Notes: a model not told the origin generated them from the sequence alone. 64,000 bases of DNA from Eledone cirrhosa (GCA_964016885.1 OZ024740.1:307210001-307274000); one strand, 5' to 3'. Shown: positions 13,345 to 27,190, counted from the stretch's first letter. Made by a program: numbers and translations.

Positions 13345-13570
13345 CAAGCATTTTAAACGTCGACAGGAACAAATTTAACCCGGATACGTCGGCGGGTTTG
13401 CAGCTCGGCAGCTGGGAGGCAAATCCATGCTGTTAAACAGCGTCGTCTGACGCTGGACTGACGAACCGGTCTAGTTGTTTGAGGTCTGGTTCGGTCCGGA
13501 CCTCCAAAAGGATAGAAATTGGGATGAGATAATGAACATGGAAGTAATTCTTATCCTGAAATGGGCCTTA
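13345..13570 (+). pseudogene. Degenerate Tx1-like RT fragment
   Basis: GLQLGSW..WTDEPV..VWFGPDLQKDRNW resembles the 9075-10937 translation. Confidence 0.6.
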
Positions 13571-13679
13571 AGATGCCACATTTTCTTAATTTCAATTGGT
13601 AGGTCGTTATACTTAATGAGGTTTCCAAACTCTTTCAAGATGTTACGATCTAATGGAATGCTCCTGTCAATTAAGAAAC

Positions 13680-14480
13680 ATGTTTTCTATTTATGATGCT
13701 TCACTATTTTATCAGGTCTGTTGGCCTTGATTGTTCGGTCAGTGTTCACAGGGAAAACTCATAGGATTGTCACGTCCTCGCCTCCTGTTACAGCATCTGG
13801 ATGGTTGTACCATTTCACCTCCGTTTTCAGATCATAAAACCTGCACATTACCCAGTGTAAGTATTGTCCCACTCTAGTAGGCCTCGTTTTATATTCCTGG
13901 AGGGCTAAAGTTTTGTAGCCTGAGAGCAGGTGGTCAATGGTCTCAACATGATCCTCACAGTATTGATACTTTTGGTCAGTTCCATTTCTGATCACATTGG
14001 CTTGAAAGTTGCCTTTAGTCCAGAACTCCGCAGCCACTGATTGGAGAGAGTTTGACCTACATCAGATGCTTTGCTACGGAGAACATACTGTCCATGCAGT
14101 GGTTTTTGCTCCCATTTAGTGCACAGTCTCTGTTGACCTTCATGTTTTGACAACATTTTGATTTCCTTTTGCGACTTTAATTGCAGAATCACCATTATTT
14201 TCAAAATATTTTCCAAATTCTTCCGAAAACTTCCTACTTTCCTTTGTGACTGAATGTAACCTCTTCTTCCTCTCGTGATCTGCAACCATTTTCATCATCC
14301 AGTCATCTGTGGTTTTAAGGTACTGATTGAGTCCATTGGTCGATATCCTGTATGAAAGCTCTAGCTGGATTATTCCTCTACCTCTGTTTTGTCTTGGGAG
14401 ATAGAAGTGATCCACATCTGCTTTTCGGTGATATATTTTACTACATGTCAAACGTTTCCTGATTTCGATATCCATTCTCT
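13680..14480 (-). mobile_element. Degenerate R4-like REL LINE fragment (second family)
   Basis: YLPRQNRGRG, KPLHGQY, C..C.DHVETIDHLLSG, YLHW..C, ANRPD. Confidence 0.75.
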
Positions 14481-14514
14481 TAATTTCATTACCGTTTCAA
14501 TTCTTCTTCTTCTT

Positions 14515-17500
14515 GAGAATATCGCATTATTGAAGACTGGGAAACGGAAGAGGGGCCGGAACTGTTTGGGGTGCGGCTGCTTCCACCACCTCACCTGCGT
14601 TGGCTTGACTCGTCGACCTTCCAATGCCTTCGCAGCATGGAGGTGCAGGAGCTGCCTCTTCCCCACGTCTTCCCAGCCACGGCCGTCTGGCACACCGCCA
14701 GATGGGACAGCGAGCTTGCCTGACGCCCGAGCCTCGCTGGTCAACATCGCTCGGCTCAGGCGGCTCCGGAAGATCCCACTCAGGATCTCGAGAGCGGCAC
14801 GGGTGCCGGTAGCCGATGCCCTCGCTTCCTCGATTGAGGGCGCCCTGGACTCCAATCGAGCCAGTGACTGGGAGCGGCTGTTCTATTTCGCCCCACTCGC
14901 CCTCGGCCTCCTCAGCTCTGGCGCTGACCGGGGCGGCCGGTCAACAGCAGCCTTCGTCAAGGCCAATGTCTCATCGTTTGGGCGAGCGCCCATTCCAAGC
15001 GTGCCCAGGGACACCACACACCCCACCCTGAGGTACCCCCATCCTCCACCCCCGAGGCCATCTCCAAGCGTTTGCGTGACCAGGTAAAAGCAAAGCTTAT
15101 CATGGGTGATGTCTCGGCCGCAGTCAGAGTTGTTGCCTCAGAGGACACTGTCCTCCAACCCACCGAGGAGATCCTGGCTGCTCTGCGGCTCAAACACCCT
15201 GAGCCACCCACTTATCTCAGACCCATACCCCCACCCGACCCCCACCTGCTCCTTGTTGATACTGATGCAGATATCATGTCCGCCATCAAGTCCTTCCCAG
15301 CTAGCAGCTGCGGAGGTGTTGATGGTCTCCGATCAGGCCACCTCAAGGAGTTGACATCCCCCCTCTCCGCTGAGGCCGGGCGCCGCCTTCTGAGTGCAAT
15401 TGTGGGGCTCACCAATAGGCTCATTCATGGTGCCCTCGACCCTTACGCCCGAGGCATATTTTTTTCGGCCAGCCTCACCGCTCTCAGGAAGAAAGAGGAT
15501 GGCATACGCCCCATTGCTGTGGGCAATGTCTTCCGGAGGCTGGCTGCCAAGGTGATCTGCAAGTCCGTCACACACGAACTGGGTGAGGAGTTTAGTCCCG
15601 TGCAACTGGGTGTCGGCGTGTCCGGTGGCTGTGAGGGAGCCTCTCATGCAATCAGGCAGTTCTTCAGCAGCTGCCCATCGGTACCGGCATTCAGGGACTC
15701 CAGGCACCTCATTGTCAATCTTGACATGAGGAATGCCTTTAACTCTTTACGCCGGGATCATCTGCTCGAGGCCTGCCTCAGCCGAGCGCCCTCTGCCTAC
15801 CCGCTGGCCTACCTGTCATATGGAGCCCCGAGAATGCTCCTAGCTGCTGATACGGTCATACCCTCGGTTACTGGGGTCCAATAGGGCGACCCTTTGGGAC
15901 CCATCTTGTTCGCCCTTGGTATTGACCACACGCCGTGGAGTATCTTAACGTTTGGTATCTGGATGATGCTACGTTGGGCGGGTCCGTACGGACGGTCTGC
16001 CAAGACCTTCAATCGGTGATTCCTGCCCTGGCGGGAATCGGCCTCCAGGTCAACTCGGCCAAGCCGGAAGTGGTGAACGTCAGCCTCGATGCTGCGAGCT
16101 TTGCAGCCTCCGTCTTGGACGTGCGGTCCATTCTCCGCCAGGTTCAGGTGACCCCCCAAAGAGGATGTCCTCATCCTCGGGTCACCGATCCACCCGCCGG
16201 CCATCCGCTCCACCATCAGGTCCAGGCTTCAACAGCTCCAGACTCTCACGAGCCGACTAGGCTTGATTGACGGCCACCCAGCTCTCTTTCTGCTGAGGAA
16301 CTTCTTCGCCATGCCGAAGCTCCTCTATACACTCCGCAGCGCTCCATGCTACACCAAGACATCTCTCCTCGCTGACCTCGATACTTGTATCCGAGCAGCA
16401 GCCGAGGGAATATGCAACGTCAAGTTTGACGACATAGGGTGGTAAAAGGCCACTTTACCTGTCAGGTATGGCGGTCTAGGCTTCCGATCCCCGATCTCAC
16501 TAGCTTTGCCGGCGTATCTTTCGTCGGTAACCTCGTGCCGCGTCCTCGTCAGCAGGGTTCTTCAAAACACAACAGAACCCTCTGAGTTCAGAGAACGTGA
16601 GGCCGCCTGTGAGACGTGGGACCGGCTGGAACTTAGCTCAATAGACGTCCCTCCTCCTTCTTTCCCTGTTGACGTCAAGTCCCCCCAACGCACTTGGGAT
16701 GCCATCCAGTGCAGCCTGGCCGAAGACAGGCTCACGCGCCAGCTCGACCAGCACCGCCTTGCTTGTTTTCGTGCGGCCTCCAAACCCCACAGTGGTGCCT
16801 GGCTCCATGCCCTGCCCTCCTTCTCCACTGGCACGCAGCTAGACAACCATAGCCTGCGAATCGGCGTTTCCCTGAGGCTCGGCCTCCGGATCTGCCAGCC
16901 ACACCAATGTCGCTGCGGTTCCACCTTGGACTCTTTCGGCCTCCACCCGCTTTCCTGTCGCCACAGTGCCAGCCGCATTCCACACCATACTGCCCTCAAC
17001 GAGGTCATTAAGCATGGCTTGGACGCTGCAGGCTTACCTTCCCAGCTCGAGGGGACGGCAAAAGGCCAGATGGCATGACCATCTTCCCGTTCGCGGTGGC
17101 AAACCCCTCGTCTGGGATGCCACTTGCACCGATACTTTCTGCAGCCGCAACCTGGTGCAGTCTGCGACTGACCCAGGTTCTGCTGCACGTCGGGCTGAGG
17201 GGGCCAAACTTATCAAATACCGGTCGCTCTCCGACAAGTTTGTGGTCGTTCCACTGACAGTGTTGACTTCTGGTGCCCTCGGCCCTAGGGCTACCTCCTT
17301 ACTCACCACCATAGGCGCTGAGTTGGTCAGCCGCAGGTGTGAGCCCCGCGAGTTGGAGTGGCTTTTCCAGCGCGTCTCCCTTGTGGTCCTCCGGGGAAAC
17401 GCCTTCTCCATTCTGTCCGCCGGGGCTGTGGGTGGGCCCCATCGCGTACCAACACATTAGTTAAATACCATTCTTTCATCGTTACAACTTATATCCACAT
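14515..17500 (+). mobile_element. CRE-clade non-LTR retrotransposon, disrupted
   Basis: RPIAVGNVFRRL, GVSGGCE, DMRNAFNS, GVQ*GDPLGP, WYLDD, CRCG..DSFGLHPLSC, GKPLVWDATC. PHD-like C/H pattern at the 5' end. Stops and frameshifts present; GC-rich relative to flanks. Confidence 0.85.
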
Positions 17501-17684
17501 TAATTGTTTCTACTTTAGGCACAAGGCCAGCAATTACCCAGTGCATTACTGGTACTTTATTTTATCGACCCCGTAATGATGAAAAGCAAAGTCAACCTCG
17601 GCGGGATTTGAACTCAGATCGTAAAGGGACGTAACTATGCTGGAAAGCATGGCGTCCGACCCTCTACCGATACTGCCAATCCAC
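17501..17684 (-). mobile_element. tRNA-derived SINE (family 1)
   Basis: Near-identical to 45641-45823. Confidence 0.8.
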
Positions 17685-18584
17685 GTATTATCTTTGTTGT
17701 CAGTGTACATTTGTAATGTTATTTATACAACCGCGTCTTTTGATTAGTTTGTGCCACTATTCCAGTAGTAAAGAAATTTATTTAATCCAATCTGAGATCC
17801 GGATGTTAGTTTAAAAGACGATTAGTTCAACGGCGTTGTGGATGGCAAAAGTCTATATATTTTTGAAATCCGTTATAAAATTTCAGAATATGACTTCTGC
17901 AATATGAACGCTAGAATATGATCGACAGAATATGAATGGTAGAATATAAATGTATTTTGGAGTCTAGAATATGAAGACATTGTAAACATAACCGACTTTA
18001 CCTGTCGTAACCAATTGTTCAATATACGATGGTTATTAAGTAAAAAGAAATACTTTGTATCAGGAGCTGGTACCGACGCTTTAATTAAATTTGAATAGCT
18101 CATGGCGAAGTCGTGACCTTATTTAAATAATTCGAAGTTAATGAACTTTTCAATGTTATATGCAACATTGATTCTTATAAATAATGTTTTATCATTTGAG
18201 TAATCCCAAATAATTGTTTCTTCTTTTGGCACAGGGCCAGCAAATACTCAGTATATTACTGGTACTTTGCCTTTCATCCTTACGGGGTCGATAAAATAAA
18301 GTACCAGTAATGCACTGGATAACTGCTGGCCCTGTGCCAAAAGAAGAAACAATTATTTCAGATATGCAAAAGGCCAACAAAAGTGTGGACGAGGAAGTGG
18401 ATTACATTGACCCCAGTACGTGACCGGTATCTTATTTTATCAACTCTGGAAAGGATGGAAAGCAAAGTTGATCCGTAATAATAATATTTGTTAAAATTAA
18501 ACAGCGTAATTATGATTTCTAAGTTTTGCACAAGGAAATATATTCATAACGGTAGAGGATAGTAAATTATAGTTACTCCAATAC

Positions 18585-18979
18585 TTAGCTACTATCTATA
18601 ACTTCCACTACTGTGCATGCCTTCTTTTCCAGGTCCCATATCATTATATCTGGTCTGTTATGCTTGCATTTTATTGGAGTTTTGACTGGAACATTCCACC
18701 AGTACCCCTTCATATTGTGTATGCGTATGTATTCCACATTGGTCCAAGATAGATTACTTTGCTTATCTATATTACTCTCACTCCGGAGCTTCCTGGCAAC
18801 ATATCCATGCATGATTTTTTGCTGGTAAGAATGCAGTTTTTTTTTCATGGATTCGCTGCGGTATTTATTGCTGAGCAACTTGCCTGGGTGTGAGTTTTTG
18901 ATTATCATGATCTTATCTGTCTCATGCAGACAGACTTGGTCAATAGATGGGCTCCTATGCTTGGAGGTTCGTAAATGTT
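18585..18979 (-). mobile_element. Truncated, internally deleted R4/Dong-like copy
   Basis: MHGYVARKL and KCKHNRPDIMIWD..VVEV match 43650-44340. The 5' junction abuts (CATA)n on the sense strand (18980-19021). Confidence 0.8.
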
Positions 18980-19071
18980 GTATGTATGTATGTATGTATG
19001 TATGTATGTATGTATGTATGTTTGTTGAATAATTTATTGTTTTTAGCTAACGCAGGCCTCATTCATATCTC

Positions 19072-19112
<41 letters not shown>

Positions 19113-19422
19113 TATGTCAGCATAAGAAAAATGCTCCGACCTTCTTTCCTTAACTTCTTTTTGACGAAGGATTTTTTATCCCGAAATATCATCGATGCTT
19201 GATTGAAAGACAGTACGGTTAAGACTGAAAGGATACTGGCATGTGGCTAAACAATTTCTGTTTGGAAACTTCCACATTAATTCAAAAACTTTCATTCCAG
19301 TATCTGATTTTTTTTACTTTTTCAACCACCTTAAAAAAAAAAAAAATACACATTTCCCATAATTATTTCTGCACTTGATCTCCAAGATTTTTTCATTTCT
19401 ATCCGGTCCAGTTTCTCTTCGC

Positions 19423-19488
<66 letters not shown>

Positions 19489-20539
19489 CTGTCTCTCTCT
19501 CTCTCCCCTCTCTCTCTCTCTTTCTCCCCCCATCTCTCTCGCCTTCATATCTGCACAATTACGTGTACCGGTGCATTTCTACAAACTTAATTAAGTTCTT
19601 TTTTTATTAGATTGAACAGCGACAGTTACAGAGATTCAATCATTAGTTCTCCAAGTGACAGAATAGATACAGAGAAATATGCAGGACGAAAGCCATAAAT
19701 AATACTATTCTTGGTAAAGGCAGCTGGTTAGGGATAAACTGAGAAGTTACACAATAACGATGTTTGATCTCATACCATTAATGGTACCGAAGAGAGAACA
19801 GTTCACACCATAACACCACTACTGCACACCATAACACCACTACTGCATACTCAATTCTTGAGGATTCAGTCTATACTAAGAGTAAATAGATTCCGCTGGA
19901 AAATGCAATAAACCAGTTGTATAATCACTATGTGCTACATTAAATTCGTAGTGCTGAGTTTAAATTCTCATATGGACGCAGAAAAGAGAACAGAGAACCA
20001 CTCTAGTATTTAGCCTTAAAGTGATATCAGAGTTCTCTAACTGTTTCGATCAAACTTGCTTTGGTTTTGATTACGATTACAGGATGACTGTGTGATCGCT
20101 AATGTACAACAGACCCGTATTGAATTAATCCCAGGTGAATTATCTAAGTCGATAACAAAGGATTCCACGAATATCGTTTAGCTTTCAGGAATCACAATGA
20201 CTTACCCCCTCCACTACACACAATTTTTATCAATTTAAATTCGTATCTAAGTTTATTAAATTCCGATTCCAGTTGACATTTCAATTTCCGTTTTCTAATT
20301 TTCCCATTTTCTCTCTTGGGGTTATTAAAGAACATCAGGAATTTCATCAATTGGATTATTGCTTTCATTTTGGACAAAAGAAAAAAGTAATAAATAAAGA
20401 AAATCACACACGCAAAAGGACAACAATCATGGCTCTGTAGTGGTAAAATCATTGTATACTGTATCAATCCTTGCTATAATTAGGAGAATAAATAATTAAG
20501 GAACACCGTTGATCCAAACTAATAAAATTACTATTAAGT

Positions 20540-20732
20540 AGAGGTAGACCACGAAAAACATGGGTGGAGGTGGTGAGAGCAGACCTCAGATTGCTGAAAC
20601 TCACCGAGGAGATGACGAAGGACCGTGACAAGTGAAGAGATGCTGTGCTGAATAGGACCCGTCCAACCCTTGCAAGCAGGGAAAAGCGGACGTAAAATGA
20701 TGATGATGATGATGATGATGATGAGGATGATG
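20540..20732 (+). mobile_element. RTE-clade LINE 3' end with (GAT)n tail
   Basis: RGRPRKTWVEVVRADL..DRDK.RDAV followed by TGA/GAT repeats. Second copy at 45400-45641. Confidence 0.8.
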
Positions 20733-20871
20733 AATGCAATGTGCGAGCATGTTGCAAGTATTCAAACTTTGAGAGAATGGATTCACTTCGACAAAGCCTG
20801 AACGCTCGCAACACGCTTTAAACTTCACGTAGTTGTCGAGTGAATAATGGACTTTATATACATACACACAC

Positions 20872-20951
<80 letters not shown>

Positions 20952-20988
20952 ATAAAGTCCATTATTCACTCGACAATATATATGTATG

Positions 20989-21375
<387 letters not shown>

Positions 21376-21393
21376 ATAAAGTCCATTATTCAC

Positions 21394-21439
<46 letters not shown>

Positions 21440-21598
21440 AATGGTAGCTATGATGCTTCTATAGGCGGTATGCCCGTTGAGCTCTCTATGTTCTAGAATC
21501 AGACAGATCCATACAATGATCCTGTCTCGAGCTATCTGCCGGCCAAACAATTGTAACACACAATAAACTGAGTCCAGATGATCACTGATTTTTCGTTT

Positions 21599-21641
<43 letters not shown>

Positions 21642-21660
21642 TATATATATATATATATAT

Positions 21661-21857
21661 ATAGGAACAAGTAAGACCCCGACGGCTGAGCTCAAGCCGT
21701 TTCGACGGCTAATTCTGTACAGTACAGAATTAGCCGTCGAAACGGCTTGAGCTCAGCCGTCGGGGTCTTACTTGTTCCTATTACCCACTCTACTACCCTA
21801 AGTATTGAGTACTTTGGTGCGTTATGGTCCACCTGGTTCCTTACCACATTTCCTTCG

Positions 21858-21860
<3 letters not shown>
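21661..21860 (+). mobile_element. Palindromic mini-insertion in (TA)n (probable PLE 3' end with 5' inversion)
   Basis: Perfect 60-bp inverted arms around 21721. Contains the HHR 3' half GAAA-CGGC..GCCG-UC. Relatives at 39820-40033 and 29080-29240. Confidence 0.65.
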
Positions 21861-21893
<33 letters not shown>

Positions 21894-22049
21894 GAAACTC
21901 AAGAGATCTGGACAGCAGGTCTTCAGAGAAGAAACCCCTCTCAAGCGGCCATCTGTTGTACTTTTGCCAGGCATGAAACCAAACTGCATCTCATCTAATT
22001 TGACTATTTACCTAATTAGCTGCACTATAACTCTTTCTCTCACTTTCGT

Positions 22050-22700
22050 AACTTAGTTCATTAGTTTTATTCCTCTATAGTTGCTCCTTTCTAGAACAGT
22101 ATCACCTTTGCCCCTGCTGCGCCAATCATTGGCTAAGACTTTGTCCTGTATTACCTGATTGACTATGCTTTTAGCATCTTTGCAAATAACTCTGATGGTC
22201 CCACATATTTACCATTCTTCATCTCTTTGATTGTTTATTTGACCCTAAAACTGAAAACGCCAATAGCTAGTTCTCCTGTTGGGTAAGTTGAGGTATTTTC
22301 TCTTCCTTCCATTCATTTTCTCTATTCTTCAGCCTCTCATAGTAACATTGCCAAGCATTTTTCATTTGAGCATCGGTGGTGATAAATGCACCAGTGTCAT
22401 TTCTAACGCACTTTTCTCTAACAACAACATGATTGACACTGACACACTGCCTTGCAATGCGGCACACTTCGCGTCTCTGAACCTCACGTCTCGTGACGTT
22501 GGAAAACTTCCATTTTTCAGCCTCTTTCCGAGCTGTGTTTACATGTCGTCTAGCTTCTCTTTTAGCTACATATTATCGGTCTCTTCTACCCCCATATTTT
22601 CAGTCTTTCCATGCCTGTCTCTTGGCTTTAATGGCTCTATCCACGGTGTTCTTCCACCACCTGGTCACCCTCTGTGTTATTAGATATAATTTGTCTCACT
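22050..22700 (-). pseudogene. Degenerate LINE (RTE-like) pre-RT fragment
   Basis: WWKNTVD.AIKAKRQAWK..W, CVRND.G, W..Y.E.L.N on the minus strand. Confidence 0.55.
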
Positions 22701-22954
22701 GAAAAAATGGCTGGTTAGAGGGAAGATCGCGACTTGAACACCGTTGATAATGGGTCTGCTCGATTAGAGTAAATCTGGGACTAAACAGTAAGAACAATAA
22801 CAGCAACAACATCAACTAAAAATTGCGAGGTTTAGCTTATACTGACATTGAAAGTTTTAGTAAAGTATTCTTCGTGACTAAAGTGAACGAAATCTACACT
22901 TTTAACATTTTTCTTTTTACATTGGAAAGTTATCAGCTACAAATATATTTTCAT

Positions 22955-23381
22955 TATTTTAGGTGGATTTCAAATCCCGTTCAAATCCCGCCGAGGTTGA
23001 CTTTGCCTTTCATCCTTACGGGGTCGATAAATAAAGTACCAGTAATGCACTGGGTAATTGCTGGCCTTGTGCCTACAGTAGAAACAATTATTTTAGGTGG
23101 ATTGGCAGTATTGGTAGAGGGTAGGACGCCATGCTTTGACGCATAGAGTTACGGCCCTTGCCATTCTGAGTTCAAATCCCGCCGAGGTTAACTTTGCCTT
23201 TCATCCTTATGGGGTCGATAAAATAAAGTACTAGTAATACACTGGATAATTGCTGGCCTTGTGCCAAAAGTAGAAACAATTATTTTAAAGCAAGGGCGGT
23301 GGACTGGCAGAATCGGTAGAGAGTCGGACACCATGCTTTGCAGCATAGAGTTAGTCCCTTTACGGTCTGAGTTCAAATCCT
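22955..23381 (+). mobile_element. Tandem multimer of family 1 SINE
   Basis: Three B boxes (GTTCAAATCC near 22980, 23170, 23371) in head-to-tail units. Confidence 0.8.
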
Positions 23382-23920
23382 TACTCTCGCTCTTTTTTAC
23401 ACAACAGCCATATCACAAACAACGTCTAAGCAACCATATATACACTGCCTTAGCAACCAAATACAAACTACCTTAGCAACAATATACACACTTTTTTTGT
23501 CAACTTTCACCCACTTTATCTTTTTATTTCCTACGTTATTTTCAACTTCTTTCTACCATCTAATGAAGAGCGCAGTCTGAAATGTTATGGAGTGGTTGTT
23601 TCTGACTTTCACTTCTGAATGTTAAACTAGTGTCTTCTAATTTTATCTGCTTTGTTTTCGTTTTTGCTTTTTGTATCCCTTTGCTCTCTCTCTCTCCATA
23701 TATATATATATATAACCTGTTTAGCTTGCTTCGTTTTTTTGGCTTCGGTGGCTGATGGCTTCACGACCACTGTTTTCATTTTATCTGGCCTTTATAACGT
23801 ATGTTAATTGCTCTGGTCTTCTTTTAGTCCATTGAGCGCTTGTCGCGAATCTCGAAGATTGCGTTTCGTTTTGTTTTTTGGCCCCCGCCGAAATACGATC
23901 TCGCTGAAATTATATTTGTA

Positions 23921-23951
<31 letters not shown>

Positions 23952-24089
23952 CAGTATATATTGGTTGTATACCAACACCTCAGTATGCAGATTGGAGGAC
24001 TCGACGAAGTGCGCAGGTTGGTTTGGTTACTCCGGAGTAATGTAAAATAAATTAAAATAAATAAGTCAAATTTTTAAAATTTGTTTATT

Positions 24090-24144
24090 ACTGCTATATA
24101 TATTTCGGTGACAGGCATCTTTGGCTGTGACCTCTTCAGGCAGT
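24090..24144 (-). ncRNA. Type I hammerhead ribozyme (PLE type, minimal palindromic stem III)
   Basis: ACUGC-CUGAAGA-GGUCACAGCC..CUGUCACC-GAAA-UAUAUA-UA-GCAGU. Confidence 0.8.
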
Positions 24145-24919
24145 CCGAATTAGTGTGGTAGAGACGAGTACACATGTTGTTGGGGTGTTTAACTTTGTCA
24201 ATACTTTGATATGCCTAGTTCCTGGTTGGGTTGTTATTTCACTGAGGAACTGGAATCATATGAATTTAAACAAACGAATTTCAGCGTCAAAGGGCCTCTT
24301 CTCCTCTCATTGGTCAGTTGTTAGAACATTCTTCAGTCAAAAGTCTATAGAAATTCGTTCTGAGGCAAGCCGATCTGTAGTGGTTGTTCTTGTTATTTTT
24401 AGGTACATCTGACCTCTATTCTTATGTTGGTAGTGATGTTGTTGTTGGAGTCAGCTAAAAAAAATGATAAAGTGGTAGAAGGAATAAGGTGGTAAAGGAA
24501 CAAAATAAAATAAAATAAAATAATCAAATAAAATGTGTGTGTGTTATACCCATCTCAATGTTTCAAAGATTTGTAAGGTCACTCTTCCCATTGGTCAGTT
24601 TTGAGAGCATTCCTCAGTCAAAAGTCTATAGAAATTCTTTCTGGGGTGAGGCTCCCTGTAGTGTTTGTGTTTGCTATTGTTAAGTACATCTGACCTCTAC
24701 CCATAATTTTGGTAGTGTTGTTGCTGTTGTGGTCAGCCTATGTCTTGCTGCTGCTGACATTTAGAAGTATCTGTGTGTGTGTTTCTTCATCCCTCCTGCC
24801 ACCATCTCCCGTGGTGGTGGTGGGGGGGGGGGGGGGGAGGGGGTCTGCCATGTATATGAAAAAATAGAAGGCAATAAAATGAAGAAAACAGAAAATAAAT
24901 AATAAATGAAAAATTAATG

Positions 24920-25235
24920 AAAAAGTAATGAAAAATGAAAAATGAAAAATGAAAAATGAAAAATGAAAAATGAAAAATGAAAAATGAAAAATGAAAAATG
25001 AAAAATGAAAAATGAAAAATGAAAAATGAAAAATGAAAAATGAAAAATGAAAAATGAAAAATGAAAAATGAAAAATGAAAAATGAAAAATGAAAAATGAA
25101 AAATGAAAAATGAAAAATGAAAAATGAAAAATGAAAAATGAAAAATGAAAAATGAAAAATGAAAAATGAAAAGTGAAAAGTGAAAAGTGAAAAGTGAAAA
25201 GTGAAAAGTGAAAAGTGAAAAGTGAAAAATAAAAA
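24920..25235. repeat. Heptamer satellite (GAAAAAT)n switching to (GAAAAGT)n
   Basis: Read directly; lies inside the PLE 3' region. Confidence 0.95.
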
Positions 25236-27190
25236 TGAAGATTCAAGTAAAATAAAATGTGTGTGTGCTATAACCAATCTCAAGGTCAGAAATATGTTGG
25301 ATAAAGTGGTAGGAGGAACAAGATGGTAAAAGAATAAAACGAAAAAAGGATAATCAAATAAAATGTGTGTGTGTTATAAACAATCTCAACTTAAATATAA
25401 ATATAAGGTGATAAAGTGAAGAAAACAGAAAACAAATAAATGAATAATGAAAAATCAAAAATTAAAAATTAAAAATCAAGTAAATAAAATGTGTGTGTGT
25501 TATAAAGATGTTGGCCAAATTATAAAGGATGTGTCAGAATCAATCTCTAGGCTATCATGGTGCCTGCTCAGCCTGGGTTGGTCCCTATGGCTTGAGGGGA
25601 GTTCCCAACCTATGGTGTTGTTACTGCCCATATAGCTTGAGTGAGGTCTGGCCGAGAGGTGTCTACATGTTCTGGAGAAGTCCCTATAGCTTGAGGGGAG
25701 TTCACATCTTATTGTGTTGCTACTGTCCATATATCTTGAGGAAGGTCCCGGCCCTGAGGTGTCTGCATGTCCCGAAGAAGTCGGTTCTGAGGTTTATCAT
25801 GCGGCTTCCACCTCTTAGTATCTCGAGGGTCTCGTTCAGACATAGTTTGCATATGCCAAATCCCCCTTTATTGGGTGGTACTTTCCTGATTATGGACCAT
25901 GCCAGAGAGTACGGGGTCCTGTCCAGCTTAAGTTTCCAGATCAGGTCGGAGAGAGCCGTACTTTTCCTTTTGGCCTCCTTATTGAAGGAATGGCGATGGT
26001 TATACCAACGGTCTTTAAAGCTCGTTGATGTGGCTCCTATGTAGAGGTGTTCGAAGTTGTGGGTTTTAACCCTACAACCGTATACTAGGTTCTTCTTAAG
26101 GCATTCATTACTAAGGGGGCATGATTCGGGGTTTCTGCAATTGCAGAGGGGTGGTCGACCTCTGCGTGCCTAGAGTGGGGTTCCCGTTAAGTGTTACATG
26201 GTGGTCTTTCCCCTGGCACGGTGGAAGGGGGGGGGGGGTCCCGGGTTTGTTTGGGTTTCTTGGGTGGGCACTGGGTCCCCCCTTCTCTCCTTCCACATGG
26301 TTCTGCTGGGTGCTTGTATTGCCATCTTCTGGTTGTGTGTGGTTTTTAAGCTTACTCCTGTTGATGCTAGCTATGTGTTGGGCCAGATTTCTCGTGGTGG
26401 AATACGAGAGCTTCACAGTGTGTCTGTTGAAGATCCTGTGGTATCTATGGTCCCTCGGGAAGCATTTATCAAGTGCTCCAAAGAATGATCGGGCCAAGCT
26501 GTTCTTTAGGGCCGCTGAGTAGGGTGGGTTGTACCACGTGATTTTTCTGTGTCTCCTCCTATATGGGTGGGCTGGGGGCGTCGTGAGTTGGAGATTTGTT
26601 GGGTTGCTGGTGGTTCCCGCATTGTTGCTTCTCCTTTGGGCGCTATGCGTTTTGCTATCTTCACGGCCCGAATCTGTGGGGTGGTCGTTGCCCGCACTGG
26701 GAGATCCACCGTGGGGTGTTCCCCCGTTTCCCCCTCCCCCCACGTGTCCTGCGGTTGGGGTCGTCTGGCCCGGGGTGGTTAGCATCACCCCTGAGACTGC
26801 TACTCATATTGGGTTTCATCTCATGGTTAAGCGTACTCGTCACCAACGCCCGTGTGGTGGTGTCGGGCTCATGGTGCCTATTTGTTTCTGTTCTGTCTGT
26901 ATTGTTAGGGTTCGCCGCCTCCCGGACAACGCGGGTGTGGGTGTCCGTTGGGCCATCCCCATCCCGGCGTTTCGGACTATATGTTATATTTTGGCCATGT
27001 GCCGCCTTATTTAGAGCTGCGTTGTAATATTCCGCGTTGTTATCGAAGATTTCCTCACTTGCGGACAGGCTGGCGATCCTGTCCGAGACACACTTCACCA
27101 CGGCCTTGGTTATGGATCTAGGGTGGTTTGACTTGGCGTTAACATACACGAGTTTCTCGTTGGACTTGTGGTAGGGGTAGTATTTTATTT

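Larger units (their letters stand above)
23950..27185 (-). mobile_element. 5'-truncated Penelope-like element (Naiad-like) with long 3' region and HHR
   Basis: YVNAKSNHP, WYNPPYS, CNCRNPESCPL..ECL, LVY..LYIG..FKDR, CKLC..E..CRH (one frameshift near 26230). HHR at 24090-24144. (TA)n on both flanks. Confidence 0.85.

Noticed and set aside
14448-17411. Many antisense ORFs over the CRE element
   Set aside because: Expected shadows of GC-rich coding sequence.
19155-19215. Further HHR-like remnants (also near 23560, 31343 and 53535)
   Set aside because: Core or stems too decayed to call individually; probably dead PLE ends.
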